From positions 109,436 through 173,435 of the forward strand of contig CAZHQF010000004.1 in the NCBI GenBank assembly GCA_964534205.1: a stretch of 64,000 nucleotides of DNA, written 5' to 3'. Position numbers and translations under genes: made by a program. The number at the start of each line of letters is the position of its first letter. Positions within the stretch are counted from its first letter, which is position 1. Positions 34,701 to 43,700 of this stretch are shown in pieces. The notes under the pieces were generated by a model. The model ran no database searches. It had not been told where the DNA came from and saw only the letters and a list, made by a program, of their open reading frames with translations. Source of the stretch: an uncultured Candidatus Peribacteria bacterium (GTDB lineage: Bacteria > Patescibacteriota > Gracilibacteria > Peribacterales > Peribacteraceae).

Positions 34701-37700
34701 CACAAGACCGTCGGCAATGAGCGAGCCCGAGGAGCGAAGGATGTCCTGGGCGTGGAGGACACGGCCGGAGGCCATGCCGATGATCTCGAGTTTGACGTTG
34801 GTGTCGATGGCGGTGGACCCGAGGTTGAGGGGACCCAGGAAGGAGCTGTTGCCGCTCATGATGGTGAGCGCACCGCCGGAGAGCGTGTTGCGGGCGGAGA
34901 CGTTGGTATTGGCGTACAGGTTGTTGACGGAGATGTTATTGGAGAAGTTGCCGTCGACGCTAAAGATGTTCGACCAGCGGTTGGTGGAGTTGCCGAGTGC
35001 GTAGCTGTTGTTGGCGGCGGCGAGGATGCTGGTATTGGCCGAACCGTTGAAGGAGATGTTGTCACCGGCGGCGTCACCGAGGGAGACGTTGCCGTTGGCA
35101 AAGAGGTTGCCGGAGAAGTTGCCGGTACCGGCATAGAGGCCGTTCCAGCGGTTGGAGGTGTTGCCCAGGTCGTAGGTGACGTTGGCGGCGGGCAGGAGGC
35201 TCGTGTTGAACAGACCGTTGGCGGCAATGTTATCGGAGGTGGCGTCACCGAGACCCACGTTGCCGTTCATGTTCACGTTGCCGGAGAAGTTGCCGGTGTT
35301 GGCGTAGAGGTTGTTCCAGCGGAGAGACGTGTTACCCAGGTCATACGTGGCATTGGAGGCGGGGATGAAGTTGGTGCTCACGTTGCCGTTGAAGTATGCG
35401 CTGCCGTCGACGATGAGGGAGCCGGAGGAACGGAGGATGTCCTGGGCGTGGAGGATGCGGCCGGAGGCGACGCCGAGGACTTCAAAGAGGATGCCGGAAT
35501 CGAGGAAGGCGGTGCCGTTGCCGGAGCGGATGATGAGACCGCCGGTCATGGTGTCACCGGAGACGTTCACGTACCTGCTGTCTGCGGTGGTCTGGGAGAG
35601 GCCGCCGGCCGAGCCGCAGGAGAGGGCACCGGCGGAATCGGTCTGGAGAGCGGAGCAGTTGGTGAGGGACTTGAAGGTGACGCCGCTCTGGACCACGAGG
35701 GTTCCCGAAGAAGCGAGGCGGTCCTGGGCGTGGAGGACACGGCCGGAGGCCATGCCGATGATCTCGAGACGGACGTTACTGTCGATGCTGGTGTTGCCGA
35801 TATTCACGAAGCCGGCAGTGACGTTCTGGGAGAAGTTGCCGTTGACGGAGAAGATGTCTGCCAAACGGTTACTGGTGTTGGCGAGGTTGTATGAGTTGTT
35901 GGCAGCGAGGAGGATGCTCGTGTTCACGAGACCGTTGAAGGAGACGTTGTCGGCTGCTCCGTCACCGAGGGCGACGTTGCCGTTGGCAAAGAGGTTGCCG
36001 GAGAAGTTGCCGGTGTTGGCGTACAGAACATTCCAACGGAGGGAGCTGGCGCCAAGGTCATACGTGACGTTCAAGCTGGGAGTGACGTGGCCGGAGAAGT
36101 TTCCGGAGGCGGCAGTGATGTTGCCCGAGAAGTTACCCACGTTGGCGAAAAGGTTGTTCCAGCGGTTACTGGAGTTGCCAAGGTCGTATGTGGCATTCTG
36201 TGAGGGAACGAAGCTGGTGTTGATGAGGCCGTTGAAGTACGCGTTGCCGTCGACGATGAGGGAACCGGAGGAACGGAGGATGTCCTGGGCGTGGAGGATG
36301 CGACCGGAAGCGGTACCGATGATTTCGAGCTTCGCGTCCCCTGCCAGTGCCGCACCGATGGCCACATTGCCTGTCTGGGCGATGGAGAAGAAATCCTCGG
36401 AACCGATGCCGCCATCGGCGGAGATCACGAGCGTGTCCGAGGCGCTACCGTGGTTCGCGATGGTCCACTTGTTCGTGCCCGCTTCCTTGAGCGTGAATCC
36501 GGCATAGCCGTTTGCGCCAGAATCCAAATAGACAAATGCATTGCTTGTATCGGATTCCACGACTATGTCGGTAGAGGCGGAACCGTTGTACAGATGGAGC
36601 TGGGCGAAGGGATTGGTGGTGCCGATACCCACGTAGTTATCGGCGCTGTCGACGTACAGAGTGGAACCATCGAGGTACGTATCCCCTTCCACAAGGAGGG
36701 TGCCGGAGGAGCGGAGGATGTCCTGGGCGTGGAGGATGCGGCCGGAGGCGGTGCCGATGACTTCAAGCTTTGCATTTGCGACATCGCCGAACAGGTTGTC
36801 TCCCATAGTGATATTGCCGCTGGAGTCCACCTGCATTTTGATCTCACTTCCCCTGTAAAAGTAGATCGGGGCGGCCTCCTGATTGCCAATGGAAAGTGAT
36901 GTGCCATTGACTTCCAGGAACGAACCGTCTGTGGACGCCGTTCCCGTCCAGGCGTTGGTCAAGAGGAGACGCGCGGGAGTGGTGATAGATGAAGAGTGAA
37001 TTTGTACTGGGGCGGCGGGCTCTGCAATACCCACGCCAACACGCTTATTGGAAGCGTCGTACACGAAGCCCGCTGTATCTATAACAAGAATGTTTCCTGT
37101 GGAAGTCCCTGCATATTTCTTGACTACAAGGGCACCGGAGGAAAGGAGAGAGTTTCTGGCAAAGACGGTGGCACCGGAAACGGTGGTGAACTCGAGGAGA
37201 GAACCGGAGATGGTGGTGTTGAGGGCGAGAGCGCCGTTGAGGGTCCTGAGACCCTGGCCGACGGAGATGGAACCCGTGTCATCCGTACCACAGACAATCT
37301 GACCGTTGGAGGTTTCCAGAGCGGTGCAGTTGGCGTAGTTGTTTAGGTACACAGCACCGTCGACGAGGAGGGAGCCACTGGAACGGAGGATGTCCTGCGC
37401 GTGGAGAATGCGACCGGAGGCGGTGCCGATCACCTCAAGTTTGGTGTCCGCACTGAATGCGCCCATGGAGATGTTGCCGTCACCGCCAACACGGAGCATG
37501 GGGCTGGTGCCAGCGCCGTTCATCACAATCAGGCCGTAATCGGAAGCATTGGTTCCTCCGTAGATGCGCACACCGGAACCGAGCGTGGAATAGACATCGA
37601 GACCCAGGTATCCGGCGGTGGTAGTAATGATCTCAAGACCGCTCTTATTGGTGGGAGCGGTGATACTCATGGCAAAATTGCTGTTGGTAGCCCCGATACC

Positions 37701-37763
37701 CACCACGTCATTTGTACTGTCGACGATGAGCGTTGTGCCATCGATGTTCGCGGAACCCTCCAC
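28767..37763 (-). CDS. C-terminal ~3000 aa of a giant surface fibre gene (no signal peptide of its own; continues the 37784..45916 ORF after a frameshift)
   Basis: The ORF-track start is a GTG inside the repeat consensus (..SSGSLIVEGSANIDG). Same module types as the 4503-aa protein, plus tandem jelly-roll-like and C1q/TNF-like domains. The C-terminal ~650 aa are paralogous to the 4503-aa protein. Confidence 0.85.
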   Translation of the reverse strand: MEGSANIDGTTLIVDSTNDVVGIGATNSNFAMSITAPTNKSGLEIITTTAGYLGLDVYSTLGSGVRIYGGTNASDYGLIVMNGAGTSPMLRVGGDGNISMGAFSADTKLEVIGTASGRILHAQDILRSSGSLLVDGAVYLNNYANCTALETSNGQIVCGTDDTGSISVGQGLRTLNGALALNTTISGSLLEFTTVSGATVFARNSLLSSGALVVKKYAGTSTGNILVIDTAGFVYDASNKRVGVGIAEPAAPVQIHSSSITTPARLLLTNAWTGTASTDGSFLEVNGTSLSIGNQEAAPIYFYRGSEIKMQVDSSGNITMGDNLFGDVANAKLEVIGTASGRILHAQDILRSSGTLLVEGDTYLDGSTLYVDSADNYVGIGTTNPFAQLHLYNGSASTDIVVESDTSNAFVYLDSGANGYAGFTLKEAGTNKWTIANHGSASDTLVISADGGIGSEDFFSIAQTGNVAIGAALAGDAKLEIIGTASGRILHAQDILRSSGSLIVDGNAYFNGLINTSFVPSQNATYDLGNSSNRWNNLFANVGNFSGNITAASGNFSGHVTPSLNVTYDLGASSLRWNVLYANTGNFSGNLFANGNVALGDGAADNVSFNGLVNTSILLAANNSYNLANTSNRLADIFSVNGNFSQNVTAGFVNIGNTSIDSNVRLEIIGMASGRVLHAQDRLASSGTLVVQSGVTFKSLTNCSALQTDSAGALSCGSAGGLSQTTADSRYVNVSGDTMTGGLIIRSGNGTAFLDSGILFEVLGVASGRILHAQDILRSSGSLIVDGSAYFNGNVSTNFIPASNATYDLGNTSLRWNNLYANTGNFSGNVNMNGNVGLGDATSDNIAANGLFNTSLLPAANVTYDLGNTSNRWNGLYAGTGNFSGNLFANGNVSLGDAAGDNISFNGSANTSILAAANNSYALGNSTNRWSNIFSVDGNFSNNISVNNLYANTNVSARNTLSGGALTIMSGNSSFLGPLNLGSTAIDTNVKLEIIGMASGRVLHAQDILRSSGSLIADGLVYFNNYANCTALETVNGLLTCGTDAEGSGGGSASGNVVPSRATMWHDESKVITGGSLSQDSSNVGSQAYQQAMFQSTCTNSDSFTNGFLLKAGTYTFSVLGIPSSNRGIIDWYIDGVLAVSQQDWYAAAANFNTPKTASVTVSSSGYHVLKGVVNGKNASASSYCMVLTKMWFSPATDQSFLGGAATGTTLRDAYLNDLDGGDAMIQLTSSDNSFKIVNPSSNGTGSGALFFIRDLSSQKSGLDISIRAGILNNSSGALRLATKGAAHILFGTGSTYNVSLSRTGSNVLSLSGALQIRQAPNSSFLTLKDSTNNTTVGFFSGTGDPNGVIRGGRASLYFATDTGKIWKNNNNGTQWVELMSGSGVLMAKMTRSTAQSIGAAAHTKISLNTTEIDVGGMANTTNSRIDIKKAGKYLVTAYWYSPNPGATTMTSIYKNGSRVMAGGGGSSTLPVATEVLDLVVGDYIEMYVYSSNAVNTDASSDLRPRLSVVQMDGAGASPFIDGGSFAYLNDTSDGLAIGAITIDTGVKLEVIGTASGRVLHAQDILRSSGSLIVDGNAYFNNYANCTALETVNGLLTCGTDAEGSGGSASGNVVPSRATMWHSESTKTAGTALTNFTNANQIYYTFTQQATPANGDAFTQGFMLKAGTYTFSVLGITNTNNGIIDWTVDGVAIVTGQDWYTSLGYNTVKTATVTIPTSGYHVLKGTVNGKHASSSSYAIALTKMWFSPTTDQSFLGGAATGTTLRDAYLNDLDGGDAMIQLTSSDNSFKIVNPASGGTGSGALFFLRDLSAQKSGLDISILAGPSTTGTGALRLATKGAAHILFGSGGVYDTALTRVSRGILNLSGALTLSRGVSASGNLLLEDSANGGSVMLKTGTGNPNGSVSGNRASLYFATDTGTIWKNENGGTVWSSLATGSGSVHMARMHRAAAQSITTATVTKIAFDGEAYDIGSIADYSTNDRFDIKKSGKYLVTASWSDATGLANGAIVSYIYKNGSLVRYDLARSSGYQVTATVVDTFDLVAGDYLEMYVYIDGGASTDTTTEARPTMTVMQIDNTAGASPFSDAGAFVLLNDTSDNLVLGATSIDSNVKLEVVGTMSGQVLRLSSGAVISRANRSEFIRLNDNTYNRNAGIYSGSGTPYNLVQASTGSLYLDNKRGFAYVNMGNLVGDSTGKKGWRMVQVGTGTGTTYPDRAVMWHQESISVAGSAMTSRTDSSQQYASFNRHTTPADGNAFTNGFYLRAGSYTFAALGATTNASAKVDWYIDGVLVETGQDWYTASTTYNVVKTDTVTITGDGYHILKGVVNTKNASSSNYHLELTKFYFYPAADTTHVAPGADYAEWFKASDSDLKSGELVCIDATKSSTVQRCRGSADPNVMGIVTTNPSFVGNDVTGGGWFSMFKEGLPVPGYTLVGLIGQIPAKVIVESGAVIRPGDSLTPALTPGYARRAEAGEPTVGVALEGLDGPEGTTGLISVLVARRNGSLTTEAVTDRVLQAVKDLRIEDEIELSLKEAVENFSASGTLMLPISEEVNRQVAALNIADLSSRLTTLSEQVAALSGALVDSQETATGSQIIASDPRVENPLSGSAARVSDLTASTLNVEDTLMVGGDARIAGDLALDGVLQVQSLFIPGIVTIDGALTASSVDTDHLSVSSGATIGGTLLIQGSLDLASGALLNFASGSTVDFGNLVVKNALHVLGPITIDGLAQFLGDVEISGELRVSNRHAGFARIGTGQTMVTVRFTHDLTLAPVVNVTPLSFVEGPWRITPATSTGFTIELKNPAAENYDFAWTAILANDPQMSASGSAVTDAENSIAFPVDAFGVPLSSNNVWNSCIRNLVTLDTDGNPLSCSRYHTDYVWTHPDLEITFTWNTQTTPPLLLLPDGYAATVQIPVITDGLSVPSDDAPADEVPVTTEEPATETPVEELPTEDTATTDTPAEEPEEISEAPAEPVTTSDAGEGSAQPEAAPASSEPVPESGQE

Positions 37764-37783
37764 GATGAGGGAACCCGAAGATC

Positions 37784-40700
37784 TCAGCTGGTCCTGAGCG
37801 TGGACCGTTGCACCGCTGACAGTCGTGAACTCAAGGAGTGAACCGGTGATGGTGGAGCTGAGACGGAAGCCCGTGCGGTGAGAGTAAGACCCTGACCTGC
37901 GGCATACTGGGTACCTGCGGTGTTGCTGGAACAGACGAGGTTGCCGGAGCTGTCGGTGGTCAGGCGGCCGCAGTTGTTGAAGCCGCCGGAGGTGAGGCGG
38001 AGGCCGGACTGCAGATATGTCTGTCCTTCGACGGAGAGTGAGCCGGATGAGAGCAGCTGGCTGCGGGCGAAGAGCGTGGAGCCCGAGACCGTCGTGAACT
38101 TAAGCAGGGAGCCGCTGATGGTGGAGCTGAGGCGGAAGCCCGTGCCGGTGAGAGTAAGACCCTGGCCGGCGGAGTAGCTCTTGCCGACGCTCGTGGCAGC
38201 GGAGCAGACGAGGTTGCCGGAAGAGTCGGTGGTGAGGACGCCGCAGTTGTTGAAACCCGAAACGATGCGAATACCCGAATTGGCCTGCAGCATGTCGTCG
38301 CCAGCAAAGAAGCCGTCGCCGTAGATGCGCCCGTCGCCATCGACTCCCAGTTCAGTTATGCCGTCGTAGCGAACATCAAGAACATACGTAGCTGGATCAT
38401 CAGCAGCCATATCGAGCACGAGTGCTGTCGTGGCATCCGAATTGTAAATGGTCATCGCAACATCGTTGTCTGAGACAACACTTACCTGACCTTGCAGATA
38501 GGTTTCCCCCTCCACGGACAAGGTTCCACTGGAGGTCAGTCTGCTCTTCGCGGTCACTGTTGAACCGGAAACCGTCTGGAAGCGAACGAGCGAGCCGGTG
38601 ATGGTGGAGTTCAGCTTGAAGCCCGTGCCGGTGAGAGTAAGACCCTGGCCGGCGGAGTAGCTCTTGCCGACGCTCGTGGCAGCGGAGCAGACGAGGTTGC
38701 CGGAAGAGTCGGTGGTGAGGACGCCGCAGTTGTTGAAGCCGCCCGAAGCGAGACGGAGGCCGCCCTGGAGGAAGGTGTTGCCGTCGACGGCGAGGACGCC
38801 GGAGGAGGTCAGACGGTTCGTAGCAGAGACCGTCGCACCGGAGACGGTTGTGAACTCAAGGAGGGAACCCGTGATCGTGGCGTTCAGTCTGAATGACGTA
38901 CCGTTCAAGGTCAGACCCTGAGCGGCGGTATACGTGGTGTTATCGTCGGTGTCACAGACCACGTCTCCATCGGCATCGGTGGAAAGTGCCGTGCAGTTGT
39001 TGAATCCACCGGAGGCGAGCTTGAGGCCGGAAGAGAGAGTCGTGTTGCCGGTGACCGCGACAGTCCCCTGCAGGAAGGAATTGCCTTCCACTGCGAGGAT
39101 GCCGGAGGAGGTCAGACGGTTCGTTGCGGAAACCGTTGCACCGGAGACAGTGGAAAATTCGAGGAGAGAGCCGGTGATGGTGGTGTTCAGCGTGAAGACG
39201 TTGCCCGTGAGTCCAAGACCGCGACCTGCGGCGTACGTGGTGTTGTCATCAGTGCCACAGACCACATCACCATCAGCATCGGTCTCGAGGGTGGAGCAGT
39301 TGTTAAAGCCACCAGAGGAAAGCTTGAGGCCGTTCTGCAGGTAGGTGTTCTGCATGACGGCAAGCGTGCCGGAGACGGAGAGGTTGCCCTTCAGGATAGA
39401 GTTGTTCTCCACGACGAGAGCGCCGGAGGAACGCAGATAGTTGGCAGCGAAGACCTGGGAACCGGAGACGGTCTGGAAACGGACAAGGGAGCCGGTGATC
39501 GTGGCATTGAGACGGAAGCTGGTGCCGTTGAGGGTCAGGCCCTGGGCTGCGGTATAGGTTGTGTTGTCGTCGGTGTCACACGTGATGTTTCCAGAGGAAT
39601 CCGTGGAGAGTGCCGTGCAGGAATTGAATCCGCCGGAAGCGAGACGCAGACCAGACTGCAGAATCGAATTGCCCTCGACGAGGAGCGTGCCGGAGCTGCG
39701 CAACTGATCCTGCGCGTGCACAGTCGCGCCAGAGACCGTGACAAATTCGAGGAGGGAGCCGGTGATCGTCGCGTTGAGACGGAAGCTCGTGCCGTTCAGA
39801 GTCAGGCCCTGTGCAGCGGTGTACGTCGTGTTGTCATCCGTGTCACAGACGATGTCACCGGACGAGTTGGTGGAGAGAGCTGTGCAGGAGTTGAAGCCGC
39901 CGGACGCGAGCCTGAGGCCGCCCTGGAGGAAGGCGTTGCCATCGACGGCGAGAACGCCGGAGGAAGTGAGACGGTTTGCTGCACTGACGAGAGAACCCGA
40001 GACCGTCTGGAAATTCACGACGGAACCGGTGAGGGTTGTGTTGAGAGTGATGACTGTGCCGTTGAGTGTGAGGCCGCGACCGACGGAGTACGTGGTGTTG
40101 TCATCGGTGTCACACGTCACGTTGCCGGAGGAATCCGTGGCAAGAGCGGTGCAACCGTTGAAGCCGCCGGAAGCGAGGCGCAGACCAGAGTTCAGATAGG
40201 CGGTGCCGTCGATGGCCAGAGCGCCGCTGGACTGGAGCGTGTTCTGGGCATGGACGGTAGCGCCGGAGACGAGAGCGAATTCGAGGGTGGAACCGGTGAT
40301 GTTTGCGGAGAGACGGAAGCCGGTGCCCGTGAGGGTGAGGCCCTGCGCAGCGGAGTACTGCGTATTTGTATCTGCATCCGTACCGCACACGAGGTCACCG
40401 TTAGAGTTGGTATCGAGCGTGTTGCAGTTGGTGAGAGCGGTCAGACGTACCGTGCCCTGCAGGAACGCATTGCCGTCGACTGCGAGGACTCCGGAAGACG
40501 TCAGACGATCGGTAGCTGACACTGTTGCACCACTGACCGTAATGAATTCCACAAGCGATCCCGTGATCGTGGCATTCAGCCTGAAGCTCGTACCGTTCAA
40601 GGTCAGACCCTGAGCGGCGGTATACGTGGTGTTATCGTCGGTATCACAGACCACGTCACCATCGGCATCGGTGGAGAGTGCCGTGCAGTTGTTGAAGCCG

Positions 40701-43700
40701 CCGGAGGCAAGCTTGAGGCCGGAAGAGAGAGTCGTGTTGCCGGTGACTGCGACAGTCCCCTGCAGGAACGAGTTCCCTTCAACCGCGAGGACACCAGAGG
40801 AGCTCAGGCGGTTGGCAGCAGCGATCGTGGTACCGGAAACGGTCTGGAACGACACGAGGGAACCGGTGAGAATGCCGTTGAGACGGAAGACGTTGCCATT
40901 GAGCGTGACACCCTGACCGGCGACGTACGTGGTGTCGGAGTCCGAACCGCAAACCAGGTCACCATCAGCATCGGTCTCCAGAGCCGTACAACCGTTAAAG
41001 CCGCCGGAGGCGAGCTTGAGGCCACCCTGAAGGAAAGTATTGCCGTCGACAGCGAGCACTCCGGAGGAAGTCAGACGATTGGTGGCGGAAACCGTTGCGC
41101 CGGAGACAGATGCAAATTCAAGGGTCGAACCTGTGATGTTGAGCGAGAGACTGAAGCCTGTACCCGTGAGGGTGATGCCCTGACCAGCTGCGTACCTTGT
41201 GTTGGTATCGACCACAGCCGTGGAACAGACAAGATCGCCATCGGCGTCCGTCGTAAGCATTCCACAAGCGTTGAATCCGCCGGAGGCGAGCTTGAGGCCA
41301 CCCTGAAGGAAAGTATTGCCGTCGACGGCGAGGACTCCGGAGGAGGTGAGGCGATTTGCAGCGGCCACAGTAGAGCCCGAGACCGTGGTAAAGTTCACGA
41401 GAGAACCCGTGATGGTCGTGTTGAGTGTAATCGTGGTGCCGTTGAGCGTGAGGCCGCGACCGACGTTGTATGTCGTGTCTGCGTCAGTACCGCACGTGAT
41501 GTTTCCGGACGAATCTGTCTCCAGAGACGTGCAGGAGTTAAAGCCGCCAGAAGCGAGGCGCAGGCCCGACTGAAGAATCGAATTACCTTCGACGAGAAGT
41601 GTACCGCTGGAGCGCAGCTGATCCTGTGCGTGGACGGTTGCACCGGAGACGGTGGTGAACTCAAGGAGTGAACCCGTGATCGTGGCGTTCAGTCTGAATG
41701 ACGTACCGTTCAAAGTCAGACCCTGGGCTGCGGTGTATGTGGTGTTATCGTCGGTATCACAGACCACGTCACCATCGGCATCCGTGGAGAGTGCTGTGCA
41801 GTTGTTGAATCCACCGGAGGCGAGCTTGAGGCCGGAAGAGAGAGTCGTGTTGCCGGTGACTGCGACAGTCCCCTGCAGGAACGAGTTCCCTTCAACGGCG
41901 AGAACACCGGAGGAAGTCAGGCGGTTGGCAGCGGCGATTGTGGAGCCGGAGACGGTCTGGAAGTTGAGGAGAGAACCGGTGAGAGTTGTGTTGAGCGTGA
42001 TGACCGTGCCGTTGAGCGTGAGCCCGCGGCCGACGGAATACGTGGTGTTGTCGTCCGTGTCACAGATGACATCACCATCCGCATCCGTTGCGAGCGCTGT
42101 GCAGCCGTTAAAGCCGCCCGAGGCGAGCTTGAGACCGGACTGAAGGACAGAATTGCCTTCCACAAGCAGCGTGCCGCTGGAACGAAGTTCATCCTGTGCA
42201 TGGAACACGCGGCCGGAAGCGGTACCGAGAACTTCGAGCAGCACACCGTTATCCACAACGACCGTGCCGTTGCCGTTACGGATAGCCAACGCGCCGGTCA
42301 TCGTGTCGCCGGAAATATTCACATAGCGGGTATCGGCAGTGCCGATATCGAGGCCGCTTGCGGCTGTCTCATCCACGCCGCAGACAAAGTTGCCGGAAGC
42401 ATCGGTATCGATCGTGTTGCAGTTACGCAGGCTCGAGACGGTGATGGTGGCACCGGAGAGGTTGCCCCGCGTTGTCAGGTTGCCCTTCACGAGACCGGTG
42501 CTCTGGACGACGAGGGTGCCGGAGGAAGCGAGTGACGTTTTGGCGAAGAGTGTGGAACCGGAAATGGTCTCAAATTTGAGGAGCGAGCCCGTGACGGTGG
42601 CATTCAGGCGGAACGTGGTGCCGTTGAGCGAAAGACCCTGACCGGCGGAGTACGTGGTGTTGGTGTCGTCATCCGTACCGCACACCACATCGCCGTCGGC
42701 ATCGGTCTCGAGCGCTGTGCAGCCGTTAAAGCCGCCGCTCGCGAGCTTCAGACCGGAGTTGAGGTACGTGTTGCCATCAACAGCCAGGACTCCGGAGGAG
42801 CTCAAACGGTTCGTGGCAGAGACAGACGCACCGGAGACACTGGCGAACTCAAGTGTGGAACCGGTGATGTTGGTGTTCAGACTGAAACCTGTACCCGTGA
42901 GCGTGAGGCCCTGACCGGCAGCGTATCTCGTGTTTGTGTCGACGACTGCAGAGGAACAGACAAGGTTCCCGGAAGAGTCCGTTGTCAGAGCACCGCAGGA
43001 ATTGAATCCGCCGCTCGCCAATCTCAAACCGGAGTTGAAGTATGCCGTGCCATCGATGGCCAAAGCACCCGAGGACTGCAGAGTATCTTGGGCATGGACG
43101 GTTGCACCGGAAACAGTGGTGAACTCAAGGAGGGAACCGGTGATCGTCGCGTTCAGTCTGAACGACGTGCCGTTCAGGGTCAGGCCTTGTGCTGCGGTGT
43201 ACGTGGTGTTGTCATCGGTGTCGCAGACCACGTCTCCGTCAGAATCAGTGGAGAGAGCCGTGCAGTTGTTGAATCCACCGGAGGCAAGCTTGAGGCCGGA
43301 AGAGAGAGTCGTGTTGCCGGTGACCGCGACAGTTCCCTGCAGGAAGGAGTTCCCTTCAACTGCGAGGACACCAGAGGAGCTCAAACGGTTTGCCGCAGCG
43401 ATCGTGGAACCGGAGATGGTCTGGAAGCTCACGAGCGAACCCGTGAGAATGCCGTTGAGGCGGAAGACATTGCCGTTGAGCGTGACACCCTGGCCTGCGA
43501 CATACGCCGAACCGCCATCCGTGCCGCAGATCAAGTTGCCGTTGCCGTCGGTATCGAGCGTGTCACAGTTTTTGAGAGAGGAGACAGTAAGCGTTGCACC
43601 GGAGAGGTTGCCACGCGTGGTGAGGTTGCCTTTCACGAGGCCGTTGCCCTGAATGACAAGACTTCCAGACGAACGGAGCGAGTTCTGGGCAAACAGTGTC

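Noticed and set aside
20611-35701. The near-identical 0.96 kb pair as a template/variable repeat of a diversity-generating retroelement.
   Set aside because: There is no reverse transcriptase or accessory gene in the window. The block is far longer than typical TR/VR pairs. The mismatches I saw go in both directions (G to A and A to G) rather than being adenine-specific.
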